Shown here: one piece after another, positions 56,729 to 64,000 of the stretch | Layout: each line of letters begins with the position of its first letter | How positions within the stretch are numbered: position 1 is the stretch's first letter | NCBI GenBank assembly: GCA_964016885.1 | Contig: OZ024743.1 | Span: forward strand, 286,130,001-286,194,000 | DNA from: Eledone cirrhosa | Taxonomy: Eukaryota | DNA: 64,000 nt | Reading direction: 5' to 3' | Notes under the pieces: model-generated | Database searches by the model: none | What the model saw: only the letters and a program-made list of their open reading frames with translations | What the model was told of the DNA's origin: nothing | Translations under genes and position numbers: made by a program

Positions 56729-56913
56729 TAATTGTTTCTACTTTTGGCACAAAGCCAGCAATTAACCAGTACATTACTGGTACTTTATTTTATCGACCCC
56801 GTAAGGATGAAAGGCAAAGTTGACATCAGCGGGATTTGAACTCAGAATGGAAAGGGCCGTAATTCTATGTGTCAAAGCATGACGTCCGACCCTCTACCGA
56901 TACTGCCAATCCA
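56729..56913 (-). mobile_element. OR-like SINE with apparent target-site duplication (gaatttcttcaataat)
   Basis: Shared SINE body; the same ~16-mer flanks both sides. Confidence 0.9.
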
Positions 56914-57156
56914 CGAATTTCTTCAATAATGCAAGTCTACTCTATCGACTTGTGATGTCCAGTTTTTATGTCCACTTAATATAATAAAACAAGAAAAGGG
57001 AATACATTTTTCGGTAGTGATTATCATGTTTTTTTTTTTAAAGAGAGGGAGACGGGCTGTTAAGGCATGCTTCTCAAACAGCAATAGGACCTACTATGAA
57101 CGTGCAAACAAAGGAAAGATAAACATGAATTTATTTTGTGTCCATTCAAGGAGTAG

Positions 57157-57199
<43 letters not shown>

Positions 57200-58619
57200 C
57201 AGGAGAAAGGAGAGAGACAGAAGGAGAATGAGAGAGAGCAAACAGTTGGAATGTTTTACCGACAGGCGTTAAAACAACATATAAAACGAGGAATTCTATA
57301 GCTTTCAAGTAATCCAGCTCGCATCATTCTGTTTTGTGTGCGTGGGAAGAGGAAGAGGTCAATAAAAATATGATGTCATGATACTTGTGTCAGTGCAGTA
57401 AGGTTGTGTTAAGGTTAGAATGAACGGAACTTTTGACATAGATTCGATGTTCTGTTAGTTAAATATTTCATTGTACTTATACTTACGATTTCCGTCATAA
57501 CCAATAAAATCGTGAAGAATGGTCACAACAGGGCTGACACGTTTTCGACACATTGGAGTAGCGATCTTGCAACGTATTAATCGTTACGACGTTTTCATTC
57601 GGTAATACTCATCAAAAATATTTCAAATAAGCGCAAGTATACTTCGCAACCACATGGTTCCAGGGTTCAATCTCACTACGTAACATTCTGCGGAAGTTTC
57701 TTCTACGTAGCCTCGGGTTGACCAATGTATCCTGAGTATAGTTTAGTAGTACTGATATAGGCGGCGATTTGGCAGAGTCGCTAGAACGTCGGATATAATG
57801 CTTTATGGTATTCCGGCTCTCTGCTCTCTGAGTTCAAATCCCAGCAAGGCCAACTTTATCTTTCATCCTTTCGAGATCGATAAAAAGATACCAGTCTAGT
57901 ACTGGAGTCGTTCTTCCTCTCTCTGGAAGAAATTTGCTGTACTCAGGCCTGGAGAAGGATGGGCTACGCCAGGCTTAAAAATTCCTAAGAAACGCTGTAT
58001 GTCAATACGGCGACCCTACGACTCTATCAGGAATTACAGCCCCCCCCCCCCAAAAAAAAACGATATAGACTCTCTCGCACTTCTAATAAACTTCCCAATA
58101 TCAGAAGCATCCGTCTGCGTAGTTATTCTAACATTTTATAGAAATAAGGTGCTCACTTGTGCAAAAGATAATACTTTCGAAAAAGTTGAGAGCCTGTTAG
58201 CAATATATTTAACTATTTTTTCAGTATTCTGTATCGAATTGTAGTGGCCACTATTTTTAAAGAGTAGTCAGAAGCAGAAGAACAACAATTATAACCTTAT
58301 TTATAACCGCTAAAAGTGTGGGTATTCTAGCTGGTCAAATATTTTACTCTTTTAATTGGTAGTGTCTCGTAATCTCAGTTATTACTATAGGTTGTGAGGA
58401 TTCTGAGTGTCGTGCTTGGCAGGTTCTGGCTAACAGTAACTTGAATGGGTTTTTATTCAGAGTATGGATTTCGTTGTCGGTATCGTAAATCCGGGCAAGT
58501 GTATTGAGAAAGGAGTGGGGTGGGTGATGGACTGCGAAGCCAGTAACTTTGCCTTCAGTAATCAAATTACTAGATAAATGATAAATAGATTCAACCATCC
58601 ATTAACAGGGCCGCAAGAA

Positions 58620-59870
58620 GACAACACATCTACTGATGCATATTTGAGGGCTCGGTTTAGTGTCGAAAAGAAGTTTGGGTTTTAACAATTCAGATCTTCA
58701 ATGCCAAGAACGCCAAGAGAGTGGCCACTTGGAATTCTGTACATTATACCAAAGTAGACAGCTGGAACAGGTGAGAGATGGCCACCTATCGCAGAGACAT
58801 TTTAGGCATAAGTCAGACACATCGTATGCGGGGATTGATAAGGAGCGAGGAACAATCAGTCAGTTGGGTGGAACATTTCCAAGAAGTGGTAAATCGACTG
58901 GACACAGTTGACAGCTTGGACATCACTTCAGAGATATTTTCACTGGATCATCTGAATGTAATAGATGAAAATATCTCAACGAAAGAATTCGCCAAAACCA
59001 TTTGTCAACTGAAAAAAGAAGGTGACCTGGCTAGACGTGGTAACTGCGGAAGCATAGATGCAATGTCATTGTAAAAGGGTTGGGACATATTTGCAACCTA
59101 ATATGATGCGTAAAGGAAATCGTCGGGGGCTGGGGTAATTGTGTGAAATTGCCCAAGAAAGGAGCGGTTAAGTGACTGCAACAATTGATGCTGAAAAACC
59201 CTGCTATCTGTCTAAAGCAAAATGTTCTGAAGTGTCCTCCTTACAGCCCGAAGAAGACGGTTGATGAATATTTATGAGAGGAGTAGGCTGAGCGGTCGTG
59301 CAGTGAATAAATTCCCACGTTACGCAACATCATCCAGTTGAGTCGTGGATTCCAACAGCCGCTTCTGGGTAATTTCATCGCTTCAAAAAAACCTTTGACA
59401 ACATATACAGAAAGTCTCTATGAAAGATCAACGCATGTTCCAACTCTTCCATCAACATACCCCACTTCCTGTATACATCAGTCGTCACCGACAGCGACTT
59501 ATACTTACGAGACGTTGAAAAAGACTATCAAAATCTCTAGAACTGCAAATGCCTTTCCCAGCCGTTGTCTCAGGACCATATTAAGAATTAATTTGTTCGA
59601 TTACATCAAGTCATGAAAAGGTCTGGGTTGAGAAACGTATGAGATACTATTGCAGTAAGACGGCAGAAGATGCTCGGCAATGTACTACGCAAGTCCACGA
59701 AGAGGGCATGCGTAATGAGGGCCTATCACTTGGAAGTTAGGGGGATTGGTGGAGGGTGAGGCAGACAATGTAAGACCTAGTTAAGAACCTGGCTGACATG
59801 CGTCTGGTATGAGAGTAGGCACGTGAAAAGGCTTGCGACCGTGCTGGCTGGTGATCTCTAATCACCCGAT
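58620..59870 (+). mobile_element. Heavily decayed, internally deleted RTE-like LINE
   Basis: MATYRRDILGISQTHR (APE start) fused to WVEHFQEVVNR, followed by KLPKKG..SDCNN and CLRTILRI remnants. Confidence 0.7.
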
Positions 59871-60664
59871 ACTCTATAAGGAAATATAACTTTCCTAGTG
59901 GTTTCAGCCAACGAATATCTACGTAAATGATTGGTTAACGTTATTATGAAGCTGAATAAGTGTAACACAATATGTGATAAGGCCGAACCTTTGAATTACA
60001 GGTACAATCTGACGGGCTTTAACAGTTTATGTCAACCCAATTTCACTCACATGGTTTAGATCGGCTTGAAGACATAGCAAGACATGGCGTTCAAGATGCC
60101 ATGTAGAGGAATTGAACCCAGGATTTAGAAGCGGATTGGGCACATAGCCAATTGAAAATTTTCTATCGGGTCGCTGAAATTAATGAACAATGGGCCGTTT
60201 TAAGACCCAGTCAATTTCTACAGACACCTCGTGATTGTAAAATTGCTAAACAAATTTCTTAACCACTAAAAAAAAAATCACGCTGAGTGTGCTTGCGCGT
60301 TTGAGCGCGTGTGCTTTGTATTTAAGGAAATGAGAATTCTGAACCAATCATAATTACGTCCGGCACATTTTGTTTTCGCTAATTGTTTATTTAAAATATA
60401 TTTCATGCAACGTTACACCAAGTATCAATTTATAACTCAGTGATTTTACAGAGAAGCATGCGGCGACTATTTAAACATTACATATAAATGTAGCTTATAA
60501 GAGTATTAATATGGCATTAATATTATGGTAGCTATTAATGTTTCATTTTAAATGATAACTTTCTTCTTATTCCATCTTTTCTTTTGAAATCTACCTCAGT
60601 TTTCAATTATGTTTTTCATGTCTCACCAGCACCTACAGTCTCTAGCGTTTTACACATACACACA

Positions 60665-60801
<137 letters not shown>

Positions 60802-60834
60802 ACCTACCCTCCTATATATATATATTTATATACA

Positions 60835-61401
60835 CAGTAATCCTCCGTTTCTCGCGGGGGATACGTTCCAGAACCAACCGCGATAAATGAAAATACGCGA
60901 TTAAAGACAACCGCTGTTTTCATAGTTTAAGCCTTAAAATACCTCTTCTACAGGCATTAAGTACACATAAACTTATTAAAACACACTTTTGTATTTAAAC
61001 ACCAAAAACAGTCACTAACGATCGTATAGAAACTACCACCAACGATCGTACCACTAGTTACCAATGACAACCATTACCAGCCATGTTAGTCGCTTGGTAA
61101 TATACTGCACATCCCCCGTCAATCTACGAAGGGTTTGTAGTAGATTAAAGAAAAACACAATCAGTAAAACAGTAATGGAATGAAAAATAAAAATATCTTT
61201 TCATAGTTCAAGCCATTATGCCCCTTCCTTACGCTATACAATTCAATCACATCGAAACTTATTTAATAAGTTTAAATTTTAAACACTTTTTATTCAGGCG
61301 TACGTACCGCGATAAGAAAGTAGATATGTTCTAACGAAAAATCCGTAATGTAGTGGGACAGCGAAAAGTGAACCACGATATAGCGGGGGATTACTTTACT
61401 G
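60835..61401. mobile_element. Tigger/pogo-like MITE
   Basis: TIRs cagtaatcctccgtttctcgcgg and ccacgatatagcgggggattact(ttact)g; TA-rich flanks. Confidence 0.75.
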
Positions 61402-61785
61402 TATATATATATATATATATTGGTAAACGGAATAGAAAATGCTGACAAATTGTTCACAGTGAAAAATAGTTTAATTAGGAATAAGTGAGAATTAGTAATA
61501 GTATTGGTTAGTATTGAGTTTTGGTTTTTACCGGTTGCGCATTTCTAATGCTTTTCAAAAATAATTTTGAGATAGAGCGTCCGTGATGTTTGCTCTGATC
61601 TGATTAGTTTTGGGAATTCTACCTGTTTTTATGTTAAAAAAGTGGCTCCAGCGGTATTAAAATAAGTTTTGCGCCAATTCGTGTTGCAAAAATTCTTGTG
61701 GTCAAAACAATTTTGATTGGTCGGTAGAGATCATGTGAATGTAAAAAATTGATTTTGCATAAAGAGCAAAAGACAATCTAAGTCA

Positions 61786-62250
61786 ATGAAAAACATCCTA
61801 ACACATGCCAAAGTACTGCCAACCACAACAACGAAACCCACAGTAAAAAAATGCGATAGACCCAACTGTGGCATTTGCATCAACCTAATAGAGGGTTCGG
61901 AATTCTATTTCAAAGAAGGACAACGTTTTATAGTAAAACACAATTTCACATGCGCATCAAAAAATCTAATATATGTATTAACTTGCTCAGGTTGTCGAGA
62001 ACAATACATAGGCCAGACCAAAAACAGCATCCGCCAACGCATGACTGTCCATAGATCCCAAATTAAAATACGGGAATACAGGAAAATACCACTGAGTGAA
62101 CACATTGATACCTGTGCCGCCCAAAATCATCCCAACTTCAGAATATTTCCCCTCTACAAATTTAAAGATAATGCCACCCACACCGAGCGCATCAGCAAGG
62201 AATCTTACTTTATTAACAAATACGGACCCCGTCTAAACACTTCTCCCTAA
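61786..62250 (+). CDS. PLE GIY-YIG endonuclease domain (5'-truncated ORF)
   Basis: CDRPNCGIC..FTCASKNLIYVLTCSGCREQYIGQT..RQRMTVH..RISKESYFI..LN. Confidence 0.85.
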   Translation: MKNILTHAKVLPTTTTKPTVKKCDRPNCGICINLIEGSEFYFKEGQRFIVKHNFTCASKNLIYVLTCSGCREQYIGQTKNSIRQRMTVHRSQIKIREYRKIPLSEHIDTCAAQNHPNFRIFPLYKFKDNATHTERISKESYFINKYGPRLNTSP

Positions 62251-62459
62251 GACGAACCCACAACATACACACGTCAACATACATACCTACATCAGCATAC
62301 ATCTCTACCTACATATAAACACAATGACATACGTAAACACACATGTTCTATGGTGCAACACAAATATACACAAATTTGCATACCTTTTGATGTCTATAGA
62401 TATAAACGTGCCGACACACACACATACATAAACGCACACATGCATTGCACACTGATGGG

Positions 62460-62737
62460 CACATACATATTTGTGCACAGGTATTCCAATACGGCAAGGC
62501 CTAATGAATTCCCCTTGCAGTACGTACAATCTGGACACACTCCAGATACATATTTGTGCACAGGTATACAATTTCTGGACACACTCCAGAAACATGTGTA
62601 CAATTTGTGCACAGGTATACAATTTGTGCACAGGTATACAATTTCTGGACACACTCCAGATACATATTTGTGCACAGGTATTCCAATACGGCAAGGCCTA
62701 ATGGATCCCCCTTGCAGTACGTACAATCTGGACACAC
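62460..62737 (+). repeat. Complex minisatellite in the PLE 3' UTR
   Basis: Repeated atttgtgcacaggtat and ctggacacactcc subunits. Confidence 0.9.
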
Positions 62738-63088
62738 TCACACACACCTTTTATACTATATATCATTTCACACCTTTTATTATTAAGGTTTTTGATGTTC
62801 TATTGAGAGAATCGATTTTACTGAAAATATCGAATAATGTACACCATTTTACCAGTAATAAATACTGGTTGACCCACACACACTCACACACACACACACA
62901 CACATACATATATATAGACACACACATACACACGTGTACATTAACATACAAAGAACCCCCCCCCCCACACACACACACTTCTCCGTATAAGACAAGAGGT
63001 GAAAAAATATCTTTTAACATGTTAAACTATCCCCCACACACTTACAGACACATTCGTACTGACCATCCCTCTACCACGAATTACTCTG

Positions 63089-63160
<72 letters not shown>

Positions 63161-63409
63161 TTGTTGTGAAAGACTTATTTCTCAGTCAGCCGACACAAAC
63201 CTACATTTGGCGCAAAATCAATTTTTTACATTCACATGATCTCTACCGACCAATCAAAATTATTTTGACCACAAGAATTTTTGCAACACGAATTGACGCA
63301 AAACTTATTTTAATACCGCTGGAGCCACTTTTTTTAACATAAAAACAGGTAGAATTCCCAAAACTAATCAGATCAGAGCAAACATCACGGACGCTCTATC
63401 TCAAAATTA

Positions 63410-63445
63410 TTTTTGAAAAGCATTAGAAATGCGCAACCGGTAAAA
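63410..63445 (+). ncRNA. Hammerhead-like motif, U3-A8 variant with GCAA in place of GAAA (inverted copy 61526-61561)
   Basis: ttt-TTGAAAA-gcatt aga aatgc-GCAA-ccgg-TA-aaa. Confidence 0.6.
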
Positions 63446-63763
63446 ACCAAAACTCAATACTAACCAATACTATTACTAATTCTCACTTATTCCTAATTAA
63501 ACTATTTTTCACCGTGAACAATTTGTCAGCATTTTCTATTCCGTTTACCAATATATCATAACTTGTGTGTTACACCTCTATTCTTTTAAATATATATATA
63601 TTAGTAAGTAAGTTAATTTTTAATTTTTAAAATTTTCTTATTTTACGTCTTTCATATAATTGTTCTGCATCCCCCTGCATTGAACCACCTAGGTACTTTG
63701 ACATAACTTATATATTTACTAGTATTAGTGTACATCTGTACGCATATGTTGGTAGATGTATTA

Positions 63764-63867
<104 letters not shown>

Positions 63868-64000
63868 TATATACATACCAGTGGCGAAGGGTAACCTGGA
63901 AAGCAGGGCATGCAGTCCAATCGCCATGGCGGAGAGTGGGGCTGTGCAGCCTTACCTCCCCCTACATGCGGTCAAAGCCGCATGTAGTGTTATCTAGTGT

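Larger units (their letters stand above)
61421..63590. mobile_element. Penelope-like element 3' fragment with inverted terminal duplication
   Basis: Arms 61421-61758 and 63212-63550; GIY-YIG ORF 61786-62250; (TA)n flanks. Confidence 0.92.

Noticed and set aside
62460-62737. CRISPR-like periodic repeats
   Set aside because: No unique spacers; eukaryotic minisatellite inside a PLE UTR.
62787-62845. Second decayed hammerhead in the 61-63 kb PLE
   Set aside because: Needs too many core substitutions.
63879-64000. CAGTGGCG start and ctacatgcgg/ccgcatgtag hairpin
   Set aside because: Probably an hAT-like end, but truncated by the window edge so the partner TIR cannot be seen.

Overview
AT-rich, repeat-dominated animal DNA. 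The tRNA-derived SINEs and very long (TA)n/(CA)n tracts strongly resemble Octopus/cephalopod genomes (inference). No complete host gene is visible. There are only a few candidate spliced exons and a diverged ~0.9-kb inverted pair that may be paralogous 3' UTRs. Mobile DNA includes a near full-length frameshifted L1/Tx1-clade LINE, CR1-group, RTE and Jockey-like fragments, four Penelope-like (GIY-YIG) fragments (one Naiad-like), about 20 SINEs, several MITEs and Helitron-like ends. The main hidden signal is a dense set of minimal type I hammerhead ribozyme (HHR) motifs at about 11 loci, some intact and some decayed. They lie in the 3' regions of all four Penelope-like fragments and in several unrelated non-coding retrozyme-like elements. 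Most of these elements are head-to-head fold-backs next to (TA)n microsatellites, and in several the fold-back apex lies at or just 5' of the ribozyme. All motifs and coordinates were read by eye; nothing was computed or searched.
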